Shown here: piece by piece, positions 37,301 through 50,123 of the stretch
How positions within the stretch are numbered: the stretch's first letter is position 1
How the letters are laid out: the number at the start of each line of letters is the position of its first letter
Source of the DNA: Lama glama
Taxonomy: Eukaryota
Direction: 5' to 3'
NCBI GenBank assembly: GCA_028534125.1
Contig: CM052817.1
Location: 90,026,001-90,090,000 of the forward strand
DNA length: 64,000 bases
Program-made: the position numbers and the translations under genes
Notes under the pieces: generated by a model
Seen by the model: only the letters and a program-made list of their open reading frames with translations
What the model was told of the DNA's origin: nothing
Databases searched by the model: none

Positions 37301-40300
37301 TGAATACCAGTTTCAAAGTCATATCACTTCACATTTATGAAGATTCTATGGTGTACAAGGCATTTTCACATGTGTTATGTGTTTTGATCCTCTCATAAAG
37401 CAGAGTAGGTATCTACATCCCATTTAATGAATGTGAAGCCTCAGTGAAATGGCCAAAATCTTATTGATGTTTTGTGGTAGTTGTCTGGTTCCAAGAATCA
37501 TACTACCTTTGAATTAGAAGGGACTGGCTACTAAGGTGGAGTAGATATTAATGAAAGTCAAGGAACTTTGAAGTTAGTATTGGGAGTAGCTCCACAGAGA
37601 CATAAAATTGAGTATAGTAATGAAAGGAGTTTGGTTAGGATAGAATCAAAGGTAGAATGTACCAAAGATTTCAGTGAATGATGGGGAGGGATTGAAGTAT
37701 TTATCGATAGAAACTAGTATAAAGTGAGACCAGAAGATAACAATTTACCATATAATCAGAGGAAGTAAACCTGAAAGAACAATTCAGTGATTCAAAGAGA
37801 ATATCAAGATTATCTCCTAATCAGATGTACGTGAGTCACAGCAAAATTAGGGTTCTAGACTCCAGGAATCTATAAAAGAATCAACGGTTTTAAGAGAGAG
37901 GCTAGTAGTGGTTATGGAAAGGAAGTTCGGGGACCATCCTATGAAATATCTGAGGCCATTTCCCTGTGAGATGGGAGGGGACTACAACAAAGAAAGTGGA
38001 AGAGAAAACACCTTCGGGCAGTCAGAAAGCACAGAAGAAGTGAAAGAGCTCCTGGCGGAGGAGGACGCCCGCAATATAAAGTGATGAGATGGAGAAAAAG
38101 CTGGTCTGGGAGACGTGCCTTGTGGGGAGAAGAGGACAATTACTGAGTCAGTAGGAGTCTGTAGCTTTTGTAGAATACTCTTCAAATCTATAGAGAAAGA
38201 AAAGCCGAGAGATAACACATGAAGAAATACACAATTGGAAAGAAGACCTTTTGTGTCACGATGGCCATGAAAGTGACTAATGGGTGAGAACTTCTGTACT
38301 ATTTTCTTTGCATTTTCACATCTGCTGAGATTCTGAAAGAAAGAAAATCAACAAAACGAAACTATGGCATGTTCAGTCTTGTATTTACATTCTGAATTCA
38401 AGGAATGAAAAAAAAAGTTGCTTAATGTTACATTTCCATGAATTGTTATTATGTTCTTCCATAAATGTCATTAGAAGATAGGAAAAAGTAATGGAATTCG
38501 ATGAACTGTGCTTTCCCATACTGTTGTCTAAAGGAGGACGGGGGAAAAAAAGAAAAGGAATTTCTGGATGAAGACAGAAACAACTTGAGAGCTTGGTAAA
38601 CAAGGATTGCTCAGATTAGATGCTCCTAATTTTACTCCTTTCCTCTCTTCATCAGGGAATGCATGGAAAGTGGATGGTTTGAAATAAACTAGGAACTCGG
38701 TTTGATTTCTGTCAATCGTGTGCCTTACTCTGTACGAGGCTTGCACTAGTTTTTTGGAGACACAAAATAAACAAGGCTTCATAGACATTGACTACAGTAG
38801 GTGAGATGTGATGTACTTAAGAGAGCAGCACAAAACACAAGTGTTGAATAGGGCCTTGCTGGGACATGAAGCTGTAGGAGAACAGGGGTTTAATTCTCAG
38901 GGATGTCACAGACTAATGGATGAGACCATCTGTAAACTGGACCCCAAGCATTGTGTAAATTTTGTACAGGTGGAGATAGAGCAAAAGAAAATCCTCAGAA
39001 GCCCAGGAATATTAAGATGGAGGGCAAGTTCCAGGAAAGGTGCCTTTTTTGGGGGATAAAAATGACCATTTAGACCAAAAAGAAAATAGGGAAAGTCTTA
39101 AACACTTCTAAAGGCGCTGTTCAAAGGCATTTGTATTACATTGGTTACAAACTCCTTTGCTGATCCAGTGAAAGCTTTTGCTTCTCCTGCACACATGCAC
39201 TTCAGCAACAGACTGTTTCAGGGTTTCACAGAGGGCCTTTAACCGTCTATAAGTTCTGAATGTAGGGAATGGGAATTAAAGGAAAACACAGAAGTCAGAT
39301 GATAAAGTGCAAGCCTTTTCTTTGTTCCATGTGAATTTCATCACTACCCAACTAGAATTCTAGATACAACACAGACTTAAAATCCTGATGATACTTCTTA
39401 AATGTGGAAGGATTAAAGCCCTTCTCTGAAGAAGGCTACACAAATCCAGGGGTAGATGCCTTCAAGAAGTAAACATCACCTCTCTGAGCAAATATGCCTG
39501 ATTGTGTGTATGCAGGTATAGCCCCCTGAGAAGTGTACAGCATGAATTGAAAAGAGTATAATTATTTTGAAAGCCAAGAAAAATGACTGGGTTTTGTTCT
39601 CCCCATGTTATTTGCATGGACAGATTTTTATCACACAGACATTTCTTGAATTAGAAAACAGCTTTCCCAGATTTTACCCTTTGAAAATGACAATATCTAA
39701 TCTCTTTGCTTTCATGAGCCAGCCCTGCATTGCCAAACATCTCAGAAGGGGAATCATAAACTATTTTTCACAGATCTTCCATAATAGATGAGATATGAAA
39801 TGAATTTCATGGAAGTTGAGCACCCTGGAGGTTATTAGTTTGCCTTAATATATAACAGTATTCTGACATATCATTAGCATTATTTTCTTGTGCAGCCAAC
39901 CTAAAACATTTGAAAAATTTATCGATTTTATCATGTATGGATCTTAATAAAGAATATGTGTCCTTTTCTTAAAACCATTAAGCTATAGACATATTTTATT
40001 TTAATGTATACATACATGCACTGAATGTTTACTACATCAACTTAAAAGTATATTGGGAAAATAATTAACCAATATTTAGTTAAAACAAGATACAGTTTTC
40101 TTAGGGAAATGTATATTCAATTAAGTCACTAAATTACTGACATAAAAATGTTTAATAATATACACATGTTTAAAACATGTGTAGAACTTTAAAGTCAAAA
40201 TATAATAATAGTTAGTGATCATTTTCAAAGCATTACGCTTGTGGTGCCACTATGTATTTTTTAATATTAGTGTGCATACATGTATTTTTTCTGCCCCCAG

Positions 40301-40319
40301 TTCTATGAGAGAACTGCAT

Positions 40320-40393
40320 GTATGTATGTGTTTATATATGTATATATAAAATATGTGTTTATATATATATATATATATATAATACACACACAC
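40320..40393. repeat. TA/TG/CA compound low-complexity microsatellite
   Basis: (TA)n run at about 40359-40380 with flanking tatg and ca repeats. Confidence 0.85.
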
Positions 40394-42749
40394 AATCTTT
40401 CAAAGATTCAGTCTTGAAATTCTCTTAAGTAATTTTCAAGGAAGCTTCAGAATCAGTTTTAAAATTTAAGATACTGTCTTTTGTTGATAATTTTCTCCCC
40501 AAAGACTCTAGAAACCAGTGTTAAAATGTTAATGAAACACAAATGTATATGTTTGTTTAAACTAATAAAACTGTACACTTGAAAGGATGAAAGTCATGTT
40601 AAGTGACTCAATAAATCTGACTTCAAAATACTGTGCATAAGAAAAGGGACAATGTAAAAATTTTAATGTACTTCATTAAAAAAATAGATAGTAGTATTGT
40701 TCACAACTGTCAGTATAACCATGAACTAAAGACCCTTTTGTCAATTAAAAAGCATTTCTCTTAGAGAGTACCACAATTAGAAAAAAAAAAACTTAAAATT
40801 CCCCACTGATCAATAATATTTTTCTTTTAAAAAATGTTAACTTAGCATTAATTTCACTATTAAGAAAGAAATCCTCCAGCACATTAAAAATTAAACAAAT
40901 ACCTCCTCTTAGGCTTCTGGTAGGAGATGTCAAAGATTTTTCTTGATATATGTACGACATTTTCTTGTTTTTATCATTTAAAAGATCCATGGTTATTTGT
41001 CTATTTAGCTAGCAGATGGGAAGTGATTTTGTGATGTTCTATATTCATCACAGAGTCACTGCTCCTTCCTATTTTCCTTCCATTTCAGAGGAAACCAAAA
41101 GAAAAATAACTTCCATTATACTGGCCCTAGTTTCATTACTGTGCTATTGTCAGAATCCTTTACACTAATTCTTGATATGAGTCCGAGCACCGGGTAGTCA
41201 CTACAATGAAACACACAGCTTTATTGTACTGTATCCCATGGTCTGGTTGTGTGATTCTGTGCTTTTACTCCAGCAAACTGACTACACACAATTCCAGTAT
41301 TTGCTGACCCAGTCTTCCCCCTCTGTGTTTAATTGTGTGTCTTCTCTCCTAATCTCTTACTGCTCCTGCTGCTACCCACTTTTCTTCCAGTTTTAGATAA
41401 GGCTTTATTCTCTCATTACAGCAAAACTAAGACCAAAGAACCCGATGCTCCATAATGGGTCCAAGGAATATTACTTCTTTCAAAAGGAAGATAATGAATT
41501 CTCTCCTCTTTCCTATGTCATTAAAAGGAGGTGCTTGATCCAGTGTGAGGTGTTCACAGACTTTCTCCATTTTCCTCTCCAAAGGCAGAGAGAGTAAGAG
41601 AGAGCTAATTACCAGTATTTGAATTATTAAATATTCAGTTCCCCTGCTCACCTAGGAATAGCATCCCAACTCAAAAACAGATGAGAGAGCCTGAGTTTCT
41701 CTATCCTGGGCGATTCTTGCCTTTAGTCCCAGGACCTAGCTCTCCCACAGCTTTCTTCTCCCCAGTGCAAAGCATAACCTGTCTCACCTGTAAGTGAGGA
41801 AGGTCCTATCCCTTTCCAAAAACCATCTCCTGGAACATTGTTGTTACTTAGGCAAATCCATACCGTCTATTCAAAGGAAGAAGGACTCCCCGTAGTGAAC
41901 ATAAGGAAATTCTCCAAAGCAGGAGCCTGTGTTAGAGTTTGCCCTTGTTGTTTTTCACCTGTTGCATCATTCTTTTTAAGGGCCCTGTATTTTAAGGGCC
42001 CTGTATCAGTTGACACTACATTAACTGGAGGTAACTTTTATACAAATCCCAGAACAAGGGTACCATTTAATGGTATTCTTTTTGCTTCTTTTTCATAAAA
42101 AGACTTCTTTTTACATTGTTAATAAATATGTTATTAAATCACAGCAGACTCTGTTTAGTTATTCTTAAAATAACATACCTAGTAGCTACAATTTGGATTC
42201 ATTCATATGAGGAGATATATTTGGGATATGTAGTCTCACAGTGCAATAAATTGAAATACACTAGTTTCTCATTAGCTGATCTCCCACTTCCACGTAAAGA
42301 TAACACTTATGGAAATATATTAAAACTTCCTCTAGTAACTTTACACATATCATATGACTGGTTCCTCACCAAGACTTTATTAATGCCCATTTTAATGTTC
42401 AAGAGGATGAGGTAGAATTCTTCTTAAGTAGCTTGCTTAAAGACAAGCAGATAGTAAAAGGTTGTACTTAGATTTGCATCTAGACATTCTGGCTCCAGAG
42501 CTCGTGCTCTTAACAGTGCCTCTGTTCATCAGTTTAGCAGATGTCCTTTTAATTGAGGCTCTTCCCCCTTTCTGTCAGACACCTGAGTGGATTGTTATGA
42601 CTCACAGATTTAGTGGAGTCAGTCGACTCTTGCTCCCAATCCCATTGTCCTCCTGCTAGTCCATGATGTTTGAAATAGATGGATGCCACCAAAAGATGTC
42701 CTGCCAAAATGTAAGGGTGGAGAAGAATTTTCAGTTACTGGATGGCAAA

Positions 42750-42775
42750 AACAACAACAACAACAACAACAACAA
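42750..42775. repeat. (AAC)8 microsatellite
   Basis: Read directly. Confidence 0.95.
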
Positions 42776-43273
42776 GCCACTGCAGAATGGAAATAAGATT
42801 TTGAATTATTAAATTTTTCAAATTCCTAATCAGAAGCATGTATATCAGTAAGATTTAATATGGGCTTTCTGAATTTTTTATCCCTCATTCCTGAAAGAGA
42901 GCTCATTGATCTTTCACCTGCTTGTCATCACATACTTCAAAAATTATATATAAGAACTGTGAGTTTGCAAAATACCTGGGTTTTAAAACTTGTTTCCTCC
43001 CTCCATATTACAGCTTCTAAAAAGCAGTATCATATTTCCAAAGGTGAGTGACATCAAAAAGCAGTTATTTATAGAGGACATCCTTCATGCCATTCTTATA
43101 GATTACAGTTTCTAGAGAAAGTAAAAACTCTAATCTATTGTGGTTTAGGAAACTATTTTCTCTATATTCCTGAATCTTTTTATCTCACCCCTTAGCATAT
43201 CCTTATAATATTGTTGTTTTATGCACCACCTCTTCCATCATTAACAGAATATGTACCTCTTAATTATTTTAAC

Positions 43274-43515
43274 CCTGGAGTTCTTAACCTCAGCACTATT
43301 GACATATTGAGCAGGACAGTTCTTTGTTGTAGGAGGCTGTCCTGAGTGTTGTACAATGTTTAGCAGTATCCCTGGCCTCCACGCACTAGATGCTAAAGGC
43401 AACCCTTCCCTTCCTAACCTTCATTGCGACAACTAAATCTGTCTTGACATATTGCTGAATATCCCCTGGGGGACCCCTCCATGCCCCTGTCCCACCCAGG
43501 TTGTTAACTTCTGTC
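43274..43515. mobile_element. MER20 DNA transposon
   Basis: ttcttaacctcagcactattgacatattg...ttctttgttgtaggaggctgtcctg...tgtttagcagtatccctggcctccacgcactagatgc...gacatattgc...cccctgggg. Confidence 0.88.
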
Positions 43516-44149
43516 TTAAAGCATGAAAAAACTTTCTAAGCTTCCTAAATGGATACAGGATCATCTACATAGTTCTCAGCTTTAAATTTTACTGTAAGGA
43601 AAATTCAACGTGTTAAGATACACAGGCAACAAGAGGCAATTACATTATCTGTCGTGGTCTTTGGATTCAGACTCTGCCTCTAGTACTTGGTGATTCTCTA
43701 ACCACAGTCCCTTCATCTGTTGATACAATGGCCTCGTATGATGGTTTTCTTTCGGTCCTCCAGGTTTTCTCTGCCCTTGTCTTCCCTGCCCAGGAAACTG
43801 GTTTCCCAGGACTGATCCCATTCTGAGATTCTGTGATCTTAATAGACAATTTGCCTGAAAGTATAAAGCTTGTATATGGAAGCTGTGGAGCACTGTCTGA
43901 AATCAAACCAATACTCACAACACTAATGAAATACTAACTTTCTACTTTAACAATTCTACTAATTAGGAGAGTTTTATAACCTTTATTTACTGTTTTCTCT
44001 GCCTCTAGAAATATACTTAGTCCTGCCTATGCTTTCTATTAACTTTCAAAAATGTGCACAAAGATTATCATCATCCCCCTTTACCAGATGAAGAAACGCA
44101 AGCTATTCTACTCCTTGACCATCCTTCCCTCAATCTCTGCTTGACTGGC

Positions 44150-45310
44150 TTCCTCCCAACAGTGGGATCTCATCATAGTATTATTACCTCACCTGAGAGG
44201 ACTTTTGTGGTCACCGTGTTACCTAAAGGCAATTCCCTCTGCTCCTTCTTTATATCCTGTATAGCACTTATCTGTGATTTCTAATTATTTTATCTGTATA
44301 TTCGTTTACTTGGCAAATGTCTTCCTCTCCACTAGGATTTCAAAGCAGAGGTTAACTCTTGTTTAACTTTACCTCTCCAACGCTTAGCATGTCAACGGAT
44401 ATCAACGTATGTTTAATAAATGTTAAATGAATGAATGAATAGAGTCACAAGTCTAAGAAATGATAGAGTGAGGAATTGAACTCAGACACTTCTGAATAAA
44501 GCAAAACTTGAAACCACTCTGGCTATTTCTTTTTGTAATCCAGAAGAATCTCTGCTCCTGAGAATACAGGTGCAGTCAGGGGATACAAGCTTCTCCCCTC
44601 TGATCTTAGCACCTGAGTTTCATCCTTGCTCTTTCTCTTGCTATGGACCTCTCCTTCTCCCAGCATCCTCAATCACTGGTCAGTTTCATTGTACCATTTT
44701 CCAAAATACATAATTGAGCCAATCACTTCTGATATCCATTGCTACCTTTGTCTGTGTAATGTCTGTGTTTCCCAGGCTACAACACAGTTTTCTTATTGGT
44801 CTTCTTACTCTACCCTTTCTCTCTTGATATATTCTTCCATAGAACAGATGGTAGGAATTTAAAAAATATATCATAATACCATATTATTTTAAATGATCCA
44901 ACCATTTTCTTTTAAAATGGAAATAAGTACAAATTCATCGTGCTAGCCAACAAGACCCTAGCCCCTGGCATCCTTACCTACTGCTCAGCCCGTCATTCAC
45001 TGCCTCTCTACGTACTGGCCTTCTTTAAGTGTTTGGAGCAAGACGTTGTGTGTCAGGCAGCCTCATCTTTCTAGATTCTGCTAAAAGAAACGTCCCCTGA
45101 ATATCCATCCATTAATATCCCATAGCTGTTTTTTTTCTTCCTTTGTAGTATTTATTACTACTTGAAATTATTTATTTATGTGTTTAATGTGTACCACTCC
45201 ACACTAGTGGTTTTAGAATCCTTATCTAGGGCGTAACTATACTTGCATGTCCTAGAACAATGCCTGGCACAAAGTAGACACTCAATAAAACATTAGTGAA
45301 TAAATGAATA
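44150..45310 (+). mobile_element. Cluster of L2 3'-end fragments with MIR pieces
   Basis: L2 termini tttaataaatgttaaatgaatgaatgaat (about 44440) and cctagaacaatgcctggcacaaagtagacactcaataaa...gaataaatgaat (about 45310). Confidence 0.7.
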
Positions 45311-47396
45311 CATACTAAATGATACTCATTTTGGACTTCCAGAGGATTTTTAGAACAATGGCTCGATGTCATGTTCCCTTTTCTTCTTATCCAGCATGTT
45401 TCTAAGAAAAAAAAACTAATATGCTTGAAATAAGGCAGGAGTCTTTCAACTCCAGGTGGTGTATACTCAACTTCAAATACCTTAGACTAAAATGTAATTT
45501 CTTAGCTCTTGTTTCTGAGAAAGCCAAGGGGTGATACTCATGGTAGAACCTGAGCTGAAAACACTGTTGGCTACCTTCTCTCTCTCTCTCCCAATCTCTG
45601 CTTTTTATTCTCTGTTGGCTTCATTTTCAGATGGTATCTCTGTAACTGGTATCAGTGTGATCATTAACCATTCTAAGCTCATAGTTTCTGATCTCAAGGT
45701 AAAGAGAGGAGCCCTTTCTCTCACAGTATATGTATAAGTCTTCTCAAATTACTTTTGCCCCACCCCAAAATGTAAACCCACCTCTGTAATAGAGGAAGTA
45801 GGTTTATCCTTGTGTTATAATCTCAGGAGAAACACACACAGTGGAAGAAGAGAGGTGACTCCCCAAAATTAAAGTTCAGAAAAAAAGAGCACATAATGGT
45901 CACAATGTGACATATTGTCCTTTCACTGACTTACTGAAGGAAATGTGCTGGCCATTCAAAGACATCAGAATAAGCAGATCTGCATTTACACCAGTCCTAG
46001 AAGGGTAGACCCAGGTCTATTTGGTTTTCCTTTTGGATCTGCATGGTAGCATAACTGGTTCAGCCTCTAGGAAATCTATTCAACTTAGATTGAATTTAGC
46101 CATGAGACAAGAAAGTATGGGGACCTCAACTAGTTATGCTCCATTACTTACTCAGTGATGCTAAATGAGAGATGAAAGATCAGCAATACATTTGGTTCAT
46201 CATTAAACCATTGTAGCTATTGCTGTTTTTAACTTATATAGGGTGTGGTGTTTCTCTGGATGTGTGAATACTTGCATATTCTCTCTGACATGTCCATAGA
46301 ATAAACAAATGTCCCTAATAGTAAAGGTACATTTCTTCATTTTAAATATATCAATCACCTATGTATGTGTTCTAGATTATATAAAGCATCAATTCTTAGT
46401 TCGCCAATACTGGCTGGAACAATTTTCTAAGGATTCTAGTAATTTAATGACATGAATAGGTAGAAATATCACAATTCCTAACAGTAGAAGTTTCCATATA
46501 AAACAAAGGATTGTAGTTAAAATAAAGTGTAATTTTGAAAAATACCTAAAAAAAATCTACTCTTCTAAACTGCTTATCTGAATTATTCCTCAGGTAGTAA
46601 TAATACAGGCGCAACATATTAAAAACAATAATTTCCTGAAAAAAAGCATATTTGAGAGACTTCTGGAAAATTTGGAAAGTTAATTTTATGGAAAGAAAAT
46701 TCTTGCTAAGCAACCAAAGCAATTGAGTAGAATGAGATAAGTTATAATCATTGACCACGTTTACATAAAGCTTAATTCTTTACAACAACAACAGGAAGAA
46801 AAGCTTACCTTGGATCCAGGTTTAATTATGAGGTATATTAAAAAATTCAAGTCGACATTGTTTTAACAATGACTAATATTATAATTTTAGCTAAGTTCTT
46901 TCTGATTTTGTGCTGTCTTACTACTCTTTCTACCATATCTTAAGACAGTAAATTGAAAAAAATATAGTAATAAAAATAGGATTCAATCTATAGTAAATAT
47001 ATCAGTGAATTCACACAATCAAAAAAACTTATAATTCTGTGTATGAGAAATACCCTTTTCCCTGAAGTTTTTCCTAAAGCTTCCAAAAGTGAGATTAATG
47101 AGAGTAAGCAGGATCTTCTCTAATAATCTCTCTCTAGTCAGGAAATAAGAAAAAAAAAAAAGGCCAAAAGATCTCTAATAAAGAGGATTATTTACTCTTA
47201 GCTATTTGCAAACATCTCTGAATCTCCCTTACATTGATTTTGTTTAATTATTTAAACAGTATGTGGTAAGCAGTAAAAATTGGGTACTATGTAATGAACA
47301 AAAATATACTTGCTAAATCCAGTGGTCCCTGCTTAGTTTTTAACTTCTCAGAATTCTCTACCATCTTGAATTAACGCTAATAACAGTCCTTTTTGA

Positions 47397-47500
47397 CCCT
47401 TCTTTTCTCTTCTCCCTCCTTCCTCCCTCCCTTCCTTCCTTCTTCCCTCTCTTCCTCTCTTCTTTCCTCTCTCCCCTCCTCTTTCTTTCTTTTATTTCTT
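47397..47500. repeat. Polypyrimidine (CT-rich) low-complexity tract
   Basis: About 100 nt almost entirely C/T, with cctt/cctc units. Confidence 0.9.
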
Positions 47501-48399
47501 TAGTAATCCTTTCTTTTCCCTTTGCTGCCTTCTCTTTAGGCTTCTTCCTTCAAAGTACAAATATTCCTGCAATTTAGGTTCCATCTTTGGCTTTTAAAAT
47601 TCTACTTACCTACCATCTATCTAGCTATGTATCTGTTAATCAATCACCTGTTTTCTCCCATGGGAATTCCATTTGCTACTTAACCAGTTTTCAAGCAGCA
47701 TGGAAATTCTCATTACTAGACCAAACTGCAGATGGGTTTTTTGTATAGTTTACATCACTTGTTCCATGCGGATAGTCCACGGTAAATAAGACTCAGTTCA
47801 GTATCCTCCCTAAAATCTTTCACCTTCCTGGTTCCCCTTCTCCACTAATGGTCTCACCATTCCTCACAGTCTCAGGTATAAAAATAAAACCTCAGTCATA
47901 TTTAATTCCTTACTCTCTCAAACCAGTAACAATGAGTCATTTTTAAAATAATGTTATTATATATTCCAAAATATATTTCCCATTCTCCCCTTATCATTTC
48001 TTTCCAGGACTACCCTAGTCATCACACGTCCCTGCCAGACTATAGTCTCACTCATAGTTTCACGCCTCAGGGCACCTTGTACAGTGTCCTATACCAATTA
48101 GGCATTGAAGTAAATGGTACATAGAGGCTGTCTAGTTTGTAATTTGTGGTCTTTGTTTTCTAAAGAAACATTAGCTAAAATTTGGAGCTTCCCTTTAAAT
48201 CACAAATAAATAGGTATCAATGTTAATGTTAAATTTTGCATATTATAAAAAAACTTTTTATAATGTATTTTCTACCACCAAAAATTTAGGCTTTAACAAT
48301 TGTACAGGTTGGAAAAACCTGATTTTCAGATTGATGTAACTAAATAGTAGCAACTCAGGAAAAGCAATACATTCAATTAAAAAATCGGACAAGGGACAG

Positions 48400-48610
48400 G
48401 ATACTAACATTTACTGAGTGCTCAGTATCACAGGTACTGTGATAGATGCCATACATAGGCAGTTCAATTCAAACCTTACAGTAAGCTGGTGGAAAGGTAT
48501 CATTTTATGGCATTTTACACATGGGAAAACTTTCATATTTTTATTTCTCCATGATCACACATGAAGTAAATGTCTCCCCTGAAACTCAAATCTAACTTTT
48601 TGCTTTTTAA
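48400..48610 (-). mobile_element. MIR SINE
   Basis: ctaacatttactgagtgctcagtat...caggtactgtg...cattttacacatgggaaaact. Confidence 0.65.
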
Positions 48611-48984
48611 ATCACATTTGCAGGTAAACACCTAATAATATGTAACAGGCTGCTGTCTTACCATGCAATGTCGATAAAATTAAAAAAAACGTATTGTATT
48701 ACGTTTGGGAATTTTCAAATAAGAAATAAAAGTTTGGGTTAAGCTAATGCACTTTCAGGTCTCTAAAAGCATCAATCATGCTTTACCTAGCCTCCAGGCT
48801 TTTATACAAACTGTTTTCTCTGCCTAGTTAAATAAAAGCATACTTTAGAAATAAGTGGATGACACTGGAATCATTCACACATTGACTAATTTAACAATCA
48901 AAAGTTGGGTGCACACTGTGTATGGTGGTTCTATCTTTCCTGAAATTACAGTCCAATGGGGGAGAAATGTTTCCATCAGATGGA

Positions 48985-49110
48985 CATCCCACTTAGCTGT
49001 GTGACCATAAATAATCTGCTTATATCTCTGAGCCTTAGTTTTTTTTTAACCTATAAACAGGATTTAAGAGTTCTTACTAATGAGACTGTTGTGCAGAATA
49101 AATATAGAAG
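48985..49110 (+). mobile_element. MIR core fragment
   Basis: ccacttagctgtgtgacc...ctctgagccttagtttt...cctataaa. Confidence 0.65.
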
Positions 49111-50057
49111 CATTGAAATTCACCTTGCACAGTTACAGAACGGTTATGCCAGATTTGCATTTCAGCCATGTTTTTGGTTCTTTCTTGTGTTAACTCTTCA
49201 CTTTTCTAATTCTTACTCATTACTTAGCAATCTGATTACACATCATTTTTTTCCCAGAAAAGCTTCCCAGAAATTCCAGCACAAAATGCATTTTCATGTA
49301 TATTCTTGTACATGATCATATTAAAAGTCATATTCATTATCATATTAAAAGTCACTTTATTTTGTAATAAGCTGCGTATGCTTTTCATCCCAAAGTAGAC
49401 TGCTAGAGGATTCCTCAGGGTAGAGTAAGCTCTGTCCTATTCACCAGTGTGTTTGTAGTGCCTACCACATTCCTGAAGCACAGTGGACTTCTAATAAGTG
49501 TTTGAGGTTGAAGGTTCTTGGAGTGCAGGGGAGTAAGAGAGGTAGGAGTGGTGAACTGGATGATGGCTGTGTCAGTATTTCAACTTGCATTGGGTCTATA
49601 GCGAACATTGCAGGAAGGCCATTATCAACCCAACAGCCATCTGAATGCTCTGACTCTTCTGTGCTGCCTTTCTGTTTAACAGGCTCCATAGAAAAGGTGG
49701 GAGAACGGGCCATGGGCACTGTGTTCCTGGGACTCTACAGAAAAGGTCCACATAGTAGAGGGAATGTTGAACTCAGAAAACCCCCAGAGAACAAATAGAA
49801 ACTTACTACCTTCTTTGATCTTGCTTAGGAAAATACAATACCTGTAAGTAAAATCTGAAAATATAGCGCTTATTGTCTCACTCATTATTACAAGGATTAA
49901 ATAACCCTGATATGTGAACAGAACTTGTAGACTCAGGTAACATTAGGTACAATTTTGTCATGAGTCACATGATTTCATTATGCTGGCTCTGAAGATGAAA
50001 AACTTAAAGCTACTGAATCATTTTTTGTTTCCTCCAAGATATTAAGGAAGTTCGCTT

Positions 50058-50123
50058 AAAAGATTTTTTTTTAATTGAGATATAGTCAGTTTACAATGCT
50101 GTGTCAATTTCTGGTGTACAACG
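50058..50123 (-). mobile_element. Very short 5'-truncated L1 3' end with target-site duplication
   Basis: Poly(T) followed by aattgagatatagtcagtttacaatgctgtgtcaatttctggtgtac. Flanked by aggaagttc(g/a)ctt at 50045-50057 and 50124-50136. Confidence 0.82.
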
